Origin: Rebecca billardiae RCC1528
Taxonomy: Eukaryota; Protista; Haptophyta
Assembly: GCA_965240325.2 (NCBI GenBank)
Contig: OZ251232.1
Span: 806,001 to 870,000, forward strand
Direction of reading: 5' to 3'
DNA length: 64,000 nt
Shown one piece after another: positions 1 to 11,394 of the stretch (its first letter is position 1; each line of letters opens with the position of its first letter). The notes beneath the pieces are model-generated. The model saw only the letters and a program-made list of their open reading frames with translations, ran no database searches and had not been told where the DNA came from. A program made the position numbers and the translations under genes.

Positions 1-1605
1 GAGGAGCGTGTTGTTGAGTACGCCCCCGCGAGCGCGCAGCAGCTGGTGAGGAGCGTGGAGCGTGCCCGACACACGCCCGCTGGCGCCGCCCCGCCGTGCG
101 CCCAGCCGCCGGACGCTGCCGATGGACGCAGAAGCAGCATGGATGCGCACGAGTCTCGTCCAGCGCCAAAATGCGCTCGCGCGCGAGCGAGGCAGACAGC
201 GCCGAGCGCGCCCACGCTCGAGCGAAGCAGGTGGAGATGAGCGAGGAGCGCGCACGACGGACGGCAGCGCACCGGCACCTCACTTACCACCCCGATGTGC
301 GTCCCCGATGTGCGCCCGGCCACCGGACGCCTCAGAAGGACACCCAGCACAAGCGTGGTCGCGCACGAGCGGATGAGAGAAGCAGAAGGCGCTGAGCGTT
401 CCCCTCGAGTAAAGCAGTGGGCCATGAGGAGGAGGGAGCACGACGGACGGCAGTGCCCAGCACCTCGCGCTCCGCCTCGCAGTGCGCACGACCGTCGGAT
501 GCCGCCGCAGAAGGACGCCGAAGCAGCATCGTGAGAGTTCGAGCGTGATGCACGCGCACCACGCCAGGGGGGGACAACGAGGAACGGGGAGCGAAGGAGG
601 CGGAGGAGCGCCGCTGGCTGTCCGTGAGTGTGCCGGCGCCGCCGCGGCCTGCCGCCCGGGGGCCCCGGGCCCGGGCGGGGCCGCTGTGCTCAGGCGTCGG
701 CCGGGGCAGGGTGCGCCGGGGGGCAGTCGCGGCGGAAGCGGTCGGCTGCACGACGTGGGCTGCCCTGACCGGCCCCGAAGGTGCGCCTGTCACGCCGAGG
801 GTCGGCCCTCCTGCAGGTACGCTCACTTTCCGCTTGGTACCCGCGCCGCAAAGGCGAGCTGCTTCCGACTCACATCTCGTCACCGTGCGGTCACTCCGGC
901 GATGCCGCTGCGAGCGCCGAGCCCGCGTCCGGCCAGGTATACGCCCACCTAGCGGGGAGGGGCACGGGCGGCGGCGGAGCAGCGACGCGGCAGTCATAAC
1001 GCGATAACCGCCGCGGACTGCCAAACCCACCACTCCCGTCGCGTCGGCCATCGCCCCGAAACTTTCGGCACTTTCCTTGGTCAGCCGACAGCGGGTACGA
1101 CCTCAAGCCGCCGCCGCCGGCCCCGGGCGACACTGATGAGAGTCGACACTGAGTCAAGCTGTGCGGCCCTGCGAACTATGAGAACAGTAGAATCCGAGCC
1201 GCAGTCAAGTACATCATGGACGCGAGTCCGATTCGCCGCTCGCGGCCTCTCACTCTCGTCAGCCACTCTGCGGACTCTGCAGCCGCACGGCGTCGTCAGG
1301 GCTGGCCGGCATGGGCGCATGGCACTGACAGCCGGTCACGGCGGCGGGAGATCCTCATCAGCCTGAAGACGTCGATTCGCGGTCCGGGAGGCGGGACTGC
1401 CGGCGCGCAGTCAGCCCAGCGCGGGCCGGCGCCGTGAGCACCGCGCCGCCAGTGGCTTCTGTACTGCCAGAGGCAGGGAAGATGCCGGTGGCCAGGAGTT
1501 CGCCGAGTCGCGGATGAGTAGGCTACTGCCAGTATCGTCAAGAAGTCGTGTGGGACGGTCGCAAGCCGTCCGGCCGTCCCGCGACCCGCCGGCGCGCGTC
1601 GCCGC

Positions 1606-4600
1606 TCACTCCGGCAGCTCGCAGGGATGCTCGTTCGTGAAGCTGCCGTTCAGTGATTGGGCCAGGCTGCACGCGGTCGACGCCCGCGGCGACAGGTCCG
1701 AGGTGCCGTCTTGCTGCGAGCCCGCGAACTCGTCGAGCCGCGGCGTCGCAGCGGTGGGCGTCCAGTTGCTCATCGGCGAGCGCGAATCGAGGTCCATGTC
1801 GTCTGACGTGCCGATGCTCCGGCTGCAGTTGCTGCTCAGCTTGCTGCTGCCGCGCATGCTGCTGCCGCCGGCCGCGCGCTTGCGCGCGCGCATCGCGCGC
1901 GTGAGTGCGCGGTCGAGCTTGGAGAGCTCATGGCCGATGCGCTGGCGGATGCGGGGCCACTCGGCCCACGCGCCCTGGTTGGAGGCCGTCGCCTCCGCCG
2001 ACGCGGCGCCGGGCACGAGGCACGCGCTCGGGTGCAGCGACTCAATCGTCACGCGCACGTCCGCCACCGCCGCGAGCGTGCCCACCGACAGCGAGGAGAG
2101 GTGGCCGAGCACGCCAGAGAGCACGATCCAGCGGTGCTCGACGCTCGAGTTCTCCTCGGTGAGCGCGTCGACGCGCGCGAGGAGCGCGGTCGCCTCGGCC
2201 AGCAGCGCGCTGTCCAGCACCGCCGTCGACGCCGCATCCTCCGGCAGGCTCGGCAGCGCGGCGCGCGGCGCATTGGACGGGCGCGGCGAGATGCGTAGCG
2301 AGCTGCGCACCGTCCGGGCCTGCTGCGGCGACGGCGGCGGCGGCGGCGGCGGCAGCTGCGCGTGCGAGAGCCGCCCCTCGCCGAGCGTGGGGAGCGAGTT
2401 GGTGTCCGACGCGCGGCGCTCGCGCGCGGACGCCGCCGACGGCTTCGACGGGCGGTACGTCGCAAGGCACATGTCGTCGACCGCGGCGCGGCGCGAGCGC
2501 GGCGCGCCGGGCACGGCCGCGCCGAGCGCGAGATCGAGCGAGAGGGCGGCACCGGATGCGCTCGAGGAGGTGGACGCGCGCGACGGCGCCGGCCGGACGG
2601 GCGGCGCGCGGAGCATCGCCTCCTGCGCGTCGAGCTCGTCCGCGAGCGCCTCGGCGCCGAGCCCCTTCCCCTCCCGCTCGGGGAAGTGGTAGATCCACAG
2701 CGGCGCAATGTCCCTCCGCACCTGCTCGCGGTTGAAGGGTGTCTTGGACATGACGCCGTGCGCGCGCTCGAGGTACACGGCCACGTCGCGCGCCGAGTCG
2801 TTGGCCGAGCGGATGATGGCGAGCAGGCGCGCGGCCTCGGCGGCGTCGAGCTGCGCGCGCGCGCGCGCCACCTGCTCCGAGCCTGAGATCACGCTCACCC
2901 CGTCCACCGGCCGCGCGAGCTCGAGGTTCTCGTCGGCGATCACGAGCACGCGCTGGTCGGGGTGGTCACGCAGCGCGCGCACGACCGAGGCCGCAAAGCC
3001 GAGGGCGTCCTCGTCCTTGCTGCCCGTCACGGTGGTGCGCGCCTCGCACGCGCCGGCGGCGCGGAAGATCCGCTTGAGGATGGCGCGCTGCACCGCCGAG
3101 TCGTCGATCCCCAGCGCGAGCACGTCCGGCGGCAGCTGGAAGGTGTCGAGCTCGGCGGTCGCGCCGTGCACCTTGACTGGCACCTGCAGCCGCACCGTCA
3201 CGAGCTCGTCGGTCGCAAAGACGGAGACGGCGGCGCCGAGCGCCGCGGCGCAGTGGCGCACGATGGAGGTGCCCGCGTCGAGCAGCCCGCCCTCCTCGCC
3301 CACAGCGGGCGCGCCCGACGCCTTCGTCGACGCCGACAGCAGCCGCGCGATCAGCTGGATGTGGCTCGGCCCCGGCTCATTGCTCACGTCAAGCACGAGC
3401 CAGCCACCGTCCAGCGTCACCTCAGCGATCACGTCGCCGTCCTCCGGGCCGTGCTTGTGCGCGTTGGCGACGAGCGAGCGGTAGGCGAGCGCGAGGAGCT
3501 GCGCGTCCACCTCGACGGGCGGGATCGGCACGGGCGCGAGCAGCGTGCACCGGCGGAACGCCAGCGCGCTGCGCGCCCAGCTCACCTCGGTCGAATCTTG
3601 CGAGTGCGCGCGCGATGTGGGCGTGTGCGTGCCAGTGCCCGATTGCTCGTTGGTCGGCGGCGCGGGCACGGCGACGGTGAGGAGCGCGTACGGGTCGATC
3701 ACCTCGGGGCGGGCGATGTACGTGCCGTTGAGCACCTCCACCGTCACCGCGTTCGCGAGCACCGTCTCGAGCGCCGCCTTGAGCGCGCTCTGCAGCTGCG
3801 CCGCCCAGCGGCGCTGCTCCGAGTCCGCGTGCAGTAGCCGCACATCCGGCGGCTGCGCCGACTTGTGGAGCGCCGCCGAGCGCTGGTGCACGCCGCGGAG
3901 GCGCTCCGCGCACTCGACGGCGGCGAGCACGCGGTTCTTCACCTCGTGCCGCAGGAAGTGGTTCGCCTCCTCGTCCTTCCGCCGCGCGAGCGACTCCATC
4001 TCGCGCAGCCGCTCGGCCGCCTGCAGCCCGAGCGCGTGCTCCGCGTCCAGCCTCGCGAGGTGCTCGCCCAGGTCTCGTATCTTGAGCACGACGCCGCGCC
4101 CGTCGCCGACGGAGGAGACGATGACCTGCATCTGCACGAGCTCGCGCGAGGTGAGCACCTCGACCCGCTCGCACTTCAGCCCGCGCCTCGCCTCGTCCGC
4201 CTCGGCGAGCCGCGGCAGGTACCAGCGCAGCTCGACCCGCCGCCCGCGCAGCCCGCGCGCCGCCGTCCACGCCGCGCACACGATGTGGTGCAGGTACGAC
4301 GTGGCCGGCTGCGACGGGTCGGCGACGACGACGATGGGCGGCGTGCGCTGCGGCGCGGTCGCGGGCGCGCCGGAGCCCAGCTCCGGCCCGTCCGGCGGCG
4401 CGCACGCCGCTCCCAGGTCGTCGCACACGCGCACGACGTGCGAGTGGTTGCTCAGCCACGGCGCGGCCGCCTCGTGCCCGAGCACTCGGCAGATCGTCGG
4501 CGTCGCGACCGTGTCGACGGTGAAGGAGGCGTCGGCGTCGAGGCTCTCGGCGGATCCGGGGCCGTCGACGCGCGACGAGAGGACGAGCACGTCCTCCGAG

Positions 4601-4820
4601 TTGGTCCAGAGCTCGCTGTTCTGCTCGTTCATCGCCACCAGCACGTCGTGCGTGTACGTCGCCGCGACGCGCTCGCTCGCCTCCACGATGAGCGCCGGGC
4701 AGAGCAGCGCGCACAGGGCGTCGAGCGCGCAGTTCGCCGCGAAGAAGAACGGGAACTCGAGGTCGGGCGCGGCGGGCGGCCCGCGCTCGTCCGCGCACTC
4801 CGCCGCGCCGGGCGCCGCCG

Positions 4821-4851
<31 letters not shown>

Positions 4852-5721
4852 GCGGCCGGTCGTGAGCGCGACGAGCAGCTCGGCCATCCAGATCGTGAGC
4901 AGCAGCGCGCAGAAGCAGCCGTACGCGAGCGTGAGCTGGAGCGCGAGCCGCGCGCGCAGCCAGCAGAGCCGGTCGTGCGGGGTGCCCGACGACGGTCGCG
5001 AGGACACGTGGCGCCAGCGCTGCGCCGCGAGCCCCACCACCTGCGACGAGCAGCCGGCCGCGATCGGCAGGAGCGCGGCCCACGACCACGCGCGCGCGCC
5101 GCACAGCGGCAGCACGCTGCCGAGCGTCACGACTGCGCCGATGCGCAGGGCGAAGCGCAGCGCGAGGCCGACGGAGTGGCTGTCGATCGCAACGAACAGG
5201 AACGACATGGCCGCCGCGAGTGGCGTCCACTCCGCCAGGCGCACGAGCTGCAAGGGCCGGCCAGAGAGCGGGTCTGTGACGGCAGGCGCGGCCGTGCACG
5301 CCAGCAGCGCGTTCGAGAGCAGCGCGATGCCCTGCACGCTGAGCGCGACGGACATCGCCGCAAAGTCGAGGCGGACTTGCCGGCCGCCCACACCCGCGCC
5401 CACGTACAGCCGCGCGAGCGCCGATATGAGCGCGCCCCCGAGGAGCGCCGCCGAGATCGCCGCGGCCACGCGCTCGCTCGTGCTCAGGTACGCGCGCGGG
5501 GCGCCGGTCAGACCGTACGCGGCGGCGACAAGCGCCCCGAAACACAGCCACGCCGCGATCGCGACGCGCCGGGCGACGCCGGGCGCGTCGATCGCGGCCG
5601 GCGGGATCGTCATCATGTGCGCCGCCCGGCCGGCCGAGCACGAAACAGGGAACGAGTCCGAGCTGGGTAAGGTGATGAAGGGCACGGCCACACGGCGGCA
5701 AGCCTCGGTCGGAGATGGCAC
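1606..5721 (-). CDS. Hybrid sensor histidine kinase: ~8-TM microbial-rhodopsin-like domain (no Schiff-base Lys) + PAS-like + HisKA/HATPase + receiver
   Basis: Single 1371-aa ORF (alternative ATG at 5616). Helix-C-like VRLAEWTPL; helix-G-like LDALCALL; PAS-end VLKIRDL; H-box NHFLRHEVKN; N-box SLVANAHKHG; receiver motifs IDDSAVQR, IADENL, IRSAND, MSKTP. Confidence 0.85.
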
Positions 5722-7017
5722 TCATCTGATTGCGATCTTGTGAGGAGGCCGGCGCGACTTTAAGGAGCCCCAGTAAATACTTAGATACCGTGCTTACCCA
5801 CGTGAGCTTCGGGCAATGATAAGTTTGGCGCTCGTTCGACAGCGGCGTAACTACTTCATAATCATTCGGTTCATTCGTTCGAGGGAGCGCTCATCAGGGG
5901 CGACCCTCATGAAGGCAAGCAGGTACGGGTATGGGGGTAAATGACCCACGTGAAACTTCACGAACCACTTCGTTCAAATCATCGGCTTAATCGCTCTCAG
6001 CTCGGTGATGAACTTCATAAGTGCTCATTACCGGCTCGCCAAAACACCCTTGCCGGGTTGTCATATATGTGTACTCAGCCGGCCTCACTCAGCGATGATG
6101 CCACTAGCGGTTGAACACCATAATGAACCGAATTACCTGGTACTTCCTATCTTGAACGTACAGTCATTAAGACTACTTACCACTACTTACCACTACTATT
6201 GGTACGAATTGCGGAATTTACATTGGAGAGAATGTTCGATGCGTTTGGATGGTGAGGGTGGTCAGGCACCCGCCATCGTGCGGCGACGTCCCACGCCCAC
6301 GTGCGCGACGACGGGAAACCATTCACCGCGACGGGGTCGCCGTTTTCGGCCGCTCCGACGCGCAGACTGCATCCGCGTTGGCCTTCCGGGAGTCCGGGTG
6401 CATTCTGCGCCGCGTACTCGTCCGGACGGCGCCGACCTTCACCTCGCCGCGTTGAATGGTTTCCCAGTTCGAGAAGTGGAGCTTCGGGCGCGACCGCGGC
6501 CCGCATGCCAGGTCCGCGCGGCGCTCTGTGGGCAAGCGAACCAAGAGGCGCAGCGAGTCCGGAGCGGCTGCCGTACAGGTCGAGCGCGAACGCCGAGTCG
6601 CAGCCGCGCGCGCGCCGCGCTCGCCTGGGGGAGAAGGCGCCGGCTGAAGCGCTCCTTCTGCCATGATCACGCGATCCGTGCCGCAGAACTTAGACCTTCG
6701 GACTTGCGCCCAGTTTTGACCAAAGTGAATAAACGATGGATTTTCAACTGCGCGCGCTAGCAGCTGGGTAACCTGACAGTCCGGTCACGGCGCCGGAAAG
6801 ACCTCAGTCGGACGGTGCCATGACGGCCCACAGGCCACACCCGGCGGCGCCGGCGCGCCGCCGGCGAGCGGCGGTTCAGCGGAGGCCTGGGTCAGGGGCT
6901 GACAATGACAAGAGGCCCACCGTCCACGGACGACACTCGGTAAGGCTCACCTTCGCGGGCGTGATTCACTCAGGACGGATAGCGACGCTGTGATGCCACT
7001 ATATGCACGGTCTCGTC

Positions 7018-9191
7018 TCATTGATGCCGAGCAGCGTCGTCGAAGAGGCCTTTCCGCGCCGTCCGCCTCGGCGGGGGCGGCGTCGAGCCCCGCCCGCCCT
7101 CTCCGTCCGCCCATGCAGGCGCATTCGACCCAGCGGCACCTCGCGCCTCAGCGCTGCCATCGGCGCGGTCAGCGAGGACAGAGCGCGCCCCACTTGTGGA
7201 TGCGCCGTCGGTCGGTGCCTCGCGCGGCGCGCCGCCGAGCGCGCGGCCCGACGGGCCCTGGGCGGCGCGGCGCGGCGCGCGGCCCGCCTTCGGCGCCGGC
7301 GCGCCTCCGTCCGCGCCCTCCGCCGCGCGGCGCTTCTTCTTGAGGCGCAAGCGAAACGAGCGCTTCCGGCTGAACGCGCCCGAGATCCCGGCGCCAGACT
7401 CGGCGCCCTCCCGGATCGCCGCGACCAGGTCCTCGTCCGCCGCGCCGTACAGGCAGGTGGCGCGGCCGGCACGCTTCGCGCGCGCCGTGCGGCCCAGCCG
7501 GTGGAGGTGCTCCACGACGTTCGGCGCGAGCGTGTACTCGACGACGTGCTCGACGGCAGCGAGGTCGAGGCCGCGCGCCGCCAGCCCCGTCGAGACGAGC
7601 GCCTGCAGGCCGCCCGCCGAGAACTCGGCCAGCAGCCGCTGCCGCTCCGCCACCGCGAGCTTCTTGTGGAAGGGCGAGGCGCGCACGCCGGCCGCGCTCA
7701 GCACAGCCGCGCCGCGATCGGCGATGGCGACGGTGTTGGCGAAGACGAGGGTGGGGGGGCACGCCGACGGCTCGCCCACCGCGCGCACGAGCGCCTCGTC
7801 GCGCGCGGCGCTCATCACGGGCTGGCCGCCCACGCCGCCCAGCGCCGCGTCCTCGCCGTCCTCCGGGTGGGCCGCGCGCGCGCGGGGGCCGGCAGCCGCG
7901 TGCGCGGCCGTGCTCTCCGCCTCGTCGCCCACGCGCACGAAGCTCACGGCCAGCTCGGGCTTCGTCCGGTGCAGCCCGGACGACTCGACCCACACCGCGG
8001 CCGGGAAGAGGTGGGTCACGTGCGCGCGCACGTTGCGCGTGCCGTACGCGGGCACGGTGGCGCCCACGAGCAGGTGCTGCAGTGGGCGCGCGGGCGCGGG
8101 CGCGTCGCCGTCCTCGGCCCCGTCGGCCTCGGCGGCGCCGCCGAGCTGCGCGCGGCGGCGCTTCTCCTGCCGCAGCGCGAGGAGCAGCTGCTCGCTGCTC
8201 GGCCGCGTCGCGCGGACCGCGTCGCGCGCGCGACGCGAGTGGGCGTGGGCATCGCGCGGCGCCGCGGGCCAACGGGAGCGAGTCAGCGCGGAGTTGCGCG
8301 CACGGCGGCGGGCAGGCGCGGCATGCGGCGCGCACGACACTGTGCGCGCCGGGCGCCGTCCACGCGCTCCGCGCGCACAGCCCCGCACACGCAACCGGGC
8401 GCGCGCGCGCATGCACGTGGGGCGGCGTGCTACAATACCCACATTGGGTACTTCTGCCGCGCGGCCAGCTTGAAGCTGCCGGCAAGCAACGAGTCGACCT
8501 CGTCGAGCACGGCGAAGCGCGCGCGGCGGACGTCCGCGTGGCCGAGCACCTTCGCCGCCGTGCCGACCAGCACGTGCGCGCGCGCCGCGCGGCCCGGGTC
8601 CGTCGCCGGGTCGGCGAGGCACGCCGCCTCCAGATTGCAATCTCGCAGCAGCTCGGCCGCGACGCGGTGCGCCTGGAACGAGAGGTCGGCGTTGGGCTGC
8701 ACGACGAGCACGAGGCCCGGGTCGGGCTCGGGCTGGGTCGCATCGTCGCCCTCCGCCCAGCTCGGCCCGCGAGCCCCATCCGCCGCCTCGCCGAGCAGCG
8801 CGTCGAGCGCAGGCAGCAGGTAGGCGAGCGTCTTGCCGATCCCCGTCTCGCCCGCGATGATCACGTCGGGCAGGTCGGGGTCGCGCACGGCGGGGAACGC
8901 GTCCGCCTGGATGGGCGTGGGCGTCGAGAGGTCGAGCCGCTCGAGCGCAGCGGCGAGCACGGGGTGGAGCCCGAAGTCGGTGAAGCTGCGCTCGGCGCGC
9001 GCGCCGGGCGCGTCGGCGCTCGGCGACGCGCACGCGAGCGCGCGCGCGCGCGGCGGCGGGCCTGTCGGACGTCGCAGCGCGGCGGGGGCGAAGGGCACGC
9101 CACCACGCACGCATCGGCCCAGGGCCGCGCCGCCAAAGCACGCCAGCGCCGAGACCACCAGCGGCCCTCGCGCCGCTCCCACGCGCGGCAT
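7018..9191 (-). CDS. DEAD-box RNA helicase, plastid RH22-like; exons 9191-8443 and 8194-7018
   Basis: Q motif SFTDFGL...PTPIQ, Walker A GETGIGKT, DEVD, GAT, LVFAN, ARGLD, HRLGRTAR, C-terminal FSRKRSFR as in plant RH22. GT-AG intron 8195-8442 joins KYPI/EQLL in frame. Hydrophobic leader followed by an Arg/Ala/Ser-rich transit-like segment. Confidence 0.85.
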
Positions 9192-9266
9192 CGGAATCCG
9201 ACCGGCCCGCGACGAGCCGTGACTGACCGAGGCCGCCGCGCCGCCGCGTGTCACCCTCTCCCCACG

Positions 9267-11000
9267 ATGGCGGCCGTATTAGCCATCGCGCTTGCGCTGG
9301 GCGCAACGCGGCCGCAGTACCAGCACAAGCCGCCCTCCTCGGTGCAGGTCGCGCGCGCTACTGTGTTCAGCGTGCCCACCGGCCTGCCCCTCCAGCAGAA
9401 CGTCGCGCTCCTGTTCGTCCATCCGGTCAAGTGCGGCGGCACGAGCGTGCGGCAGGCCATGTTTGCGGCCAACGCGGCCAACTGGACGCAGGCGGGCAAG
9501 ACGTTCTGCTTCAGCGGCGCCATGCCGGACATGGCCGCGTTCGACGACGCCGCCTTCATGCGTGCGCACCCGCGGCTGTACCTCGAGCTCCACTGCGACA
9601 TCCCGATGTCGCTCAAGACTGGCGGGCGGGTCGACACGATCACGGCCGCGCTGCGCGCGCGCGGCTGGAGCGTGCGCACGGCGATCCTCCTGCGGCACCC
9701 GCTCTCGATCGTGCCCTCGTTCTTCTCCCACTTCGGCCCGGGCAACCCGCGGCGCGCCGTCTCGGCCGACGCCACCCTCGACATGTTCAGCGCCGCGCAC
9801 ACCGAGCTGACCCTCTGCGGCGTGCTGCACGACCAGCGCATGTGCCAGCTGGCCGAGCTGGTCGACGTGGCGCTCCGACCGCGCGCGGGGCGGCGGCGCC
9901 GCCGCCGTCGGGCGGCCGCGCTCGGCGGCGCGGGGCCTCGCGCCGCGCGCGCCGGCGCGGCGCACCGCGCTCGCGGCGAGCATCCCCGCGGCGGCCGCGC
10001 GGCCGGACGAGCGGACGATCCGAGCGGTGGCCGGCCGCGGCGGCGCGCGGCCGCCGCCGAGCCTCCACCGCCCGAGCTGCGCACGGCGGTGGTCGACGCG
10101 CTGGGCTCAGAGATGCACACGCTGGCGCGGCGCGTGCACGCGCTCGTGCCCCCCTCCTTCCGCAAGCTGCCCCGGCAGCTCAGCGCGCCGCACTCCGCGC
10201 CGCCCGCCGTGCGGCAGGCAGTCCTGCTCTTCCTCCGCCGGCTGGCCGCGCGCGCCCCCGAGCTCAGGCCGGACTGCGGGCTGGTCCGCGCCGGGACGGG
10301 CGAGGTCGAGTTCGCGCTCCCGCTGCACACGACCTCGCTGTGGTACCACAAGTGCTCGCGCGAGGCGTTCCGCGCGCTCGTCGACGTGCAGCACGCGTAC
10401 TCTGCCGCGCTCGGCGCGGTGCACCGCGCGTACCCCGAGTTCTGCGAGCGCGCCGTGCGCAAGTGGGAGCGCTGGCTGGGCAAGCTGGACGTGGTGGGGC
10501 TGACGGAGCGGTGGGACGAGTCGTTCATGGCGATCGCGCTCGCGGCGGGCGTCGGGCGCTTCCCGCTGATCGCGCGCAACCGCGCCAGCCGGCGCATCGG
10601 CTGGGACAGCAGCGCCGCCACCAAACACGACGACATCAGCGACGGCACGCGCGCCCTGATTGGCCGGAGCGAGGCGTGCGGCGTGCGCATCTACGAGCGC
10701 TGGGCGGCGCACTTCGAGCGGAGCACGGCCGAGGCGGTGCGCAGCTCGGCCGCGGCGAACCGCACTCTCGAGCGCGTGCGGTACAAGCGCGCGCACATCG
10801 GAGAGGTCGTCGCGCTCGCCGAGACCGTCCTCGGAAGGCACGGCCAGCGGCGCGCGCCCACGCCGGGCTATCTGGACACGATGATGCTCGGGGGCGCCGG
10901 AGGCGTCCTGTCGGCCGCGCCGCTGCGGCTGGAGGGCAGCGTGACCGCCAAGATGCTGCGCAAGTATCGCATCGAGCCCGCTGATGCCGTGCACGGCTGA
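9267..11000 (+). CDS. Secretory-pathway sulfotransferase-like protein (Sulfotransfer_2/Gal3ST-like)
   Basis: Signal peptide MAAVLAIALALGA; 5'-PSB-like FVHPVKCGGTS; 3'-PB-like LRHPLSIVPSFF; VVGLTERWDES. The low-complexity segment ~9870-10070 could be an in-frame intron. Confidence 0.65.
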   Translation: MAAVLAIALALGATRPQYQHKPPSSVQVARATVFSVPTGLPLQQNVALLFVHPVKCGGTSVRQAMFAANAANWTQAGKTFCFSGAMPDMAAFDDAAFMRAHPRLYLELHCDIPMSLKTGGRVDTITAALRARGWSVRTAILLRHPLSIVPSFFSHFGPGNPRRAVSADATLDMFSAAHTELTLCGVLHDQRMCQLAELVDVALRPRAGRRRRRRRAAALGGAGPRAARAGAAHRARGEHPRGGRAAGRADDPSGGRPRRRAAAAEPPPPELRTAVVDALGSEMHTLARRVHALVPPSFRKLPRQLSAPHSAPPAVRQAVLLFLRRLAARAPELRPDCGLVRAGTGEVEFALPLHTTSLWYHKCSREAFRALVDVQHAYSAALGAVHRAYPEFCERAVRKWERWLGKLDVVGLTERWDESFMAIALAAGVGRFPLIARNRASRRIGWDSSAATKHDDISDGTRALIGRSEACGVRIYERWAAHFERSTAEAVRSSAAANRTLERVRYKRAHIGEVVALAETVLGRHGQRRAPTPGYLDTMMLGGAGGVLSAAPLRLEGSVTAKMLRKYRIEPADAVHG

Positions 11001-11394
11001 GGCGGACGAGCCGGGCCGATTACTTACCAGGACGCGCAGGCCGGCGGGCCGGGCCGGCAGGGCCGGGCCTGGGCAGTATGAGTATCAACGGGCTTCATCG
11101 GCCCGGCCGGCTCGCACTCGCACTCGCAGGCCGGCGGGCCGGCGGGCCGGCCAGCGCAGTAGTGAGCCCGCGCGTACTCAGCTGAGTCAGCGGACTGCGC
11201 GTGTCGCGCGCGCAGTACGGACTACGGCTACTGAGTGTACCGCGTAATATGAGTGAGTCACTATTACTCCTATATGATGCTATAAGGACGAGTCGCAAGT
11301 GTGATATAGACCGATCACGGTGATGACGATGAACAGCGAGAATGCGGCGGCGGCGTTTTGTCGATCTAGCGCAGTTACTTAAGCGGGGCGGGCG

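Noticed and set aside
1-1500. Short ORFs with a YHPD (J-domain-like) word and a weak PDZ-like GPEGAPVT segment
   Set aside because: No coherent frame, splice model or full domain; could be a gene end or relic but cannot be supported.
3422-5743. Long alternative-frame and antisense ORFs (also over most other genes)
   Set aside because: Arg/Ala/Gly-rich shadows expected from stop-codon scarcity at very high GC.
5870-5910. CTGATGAG hammerhead-like cores (minus strand here; also ~49381 and ~60447)
   Set aside because: No correctly placed GAAA or convincing stems I-III.
6005-6760. Overlapping 251-aa (+) and 115-aa (-) ORFs
   Set aside because: No recognisable motifs or consistent coding-like composition.
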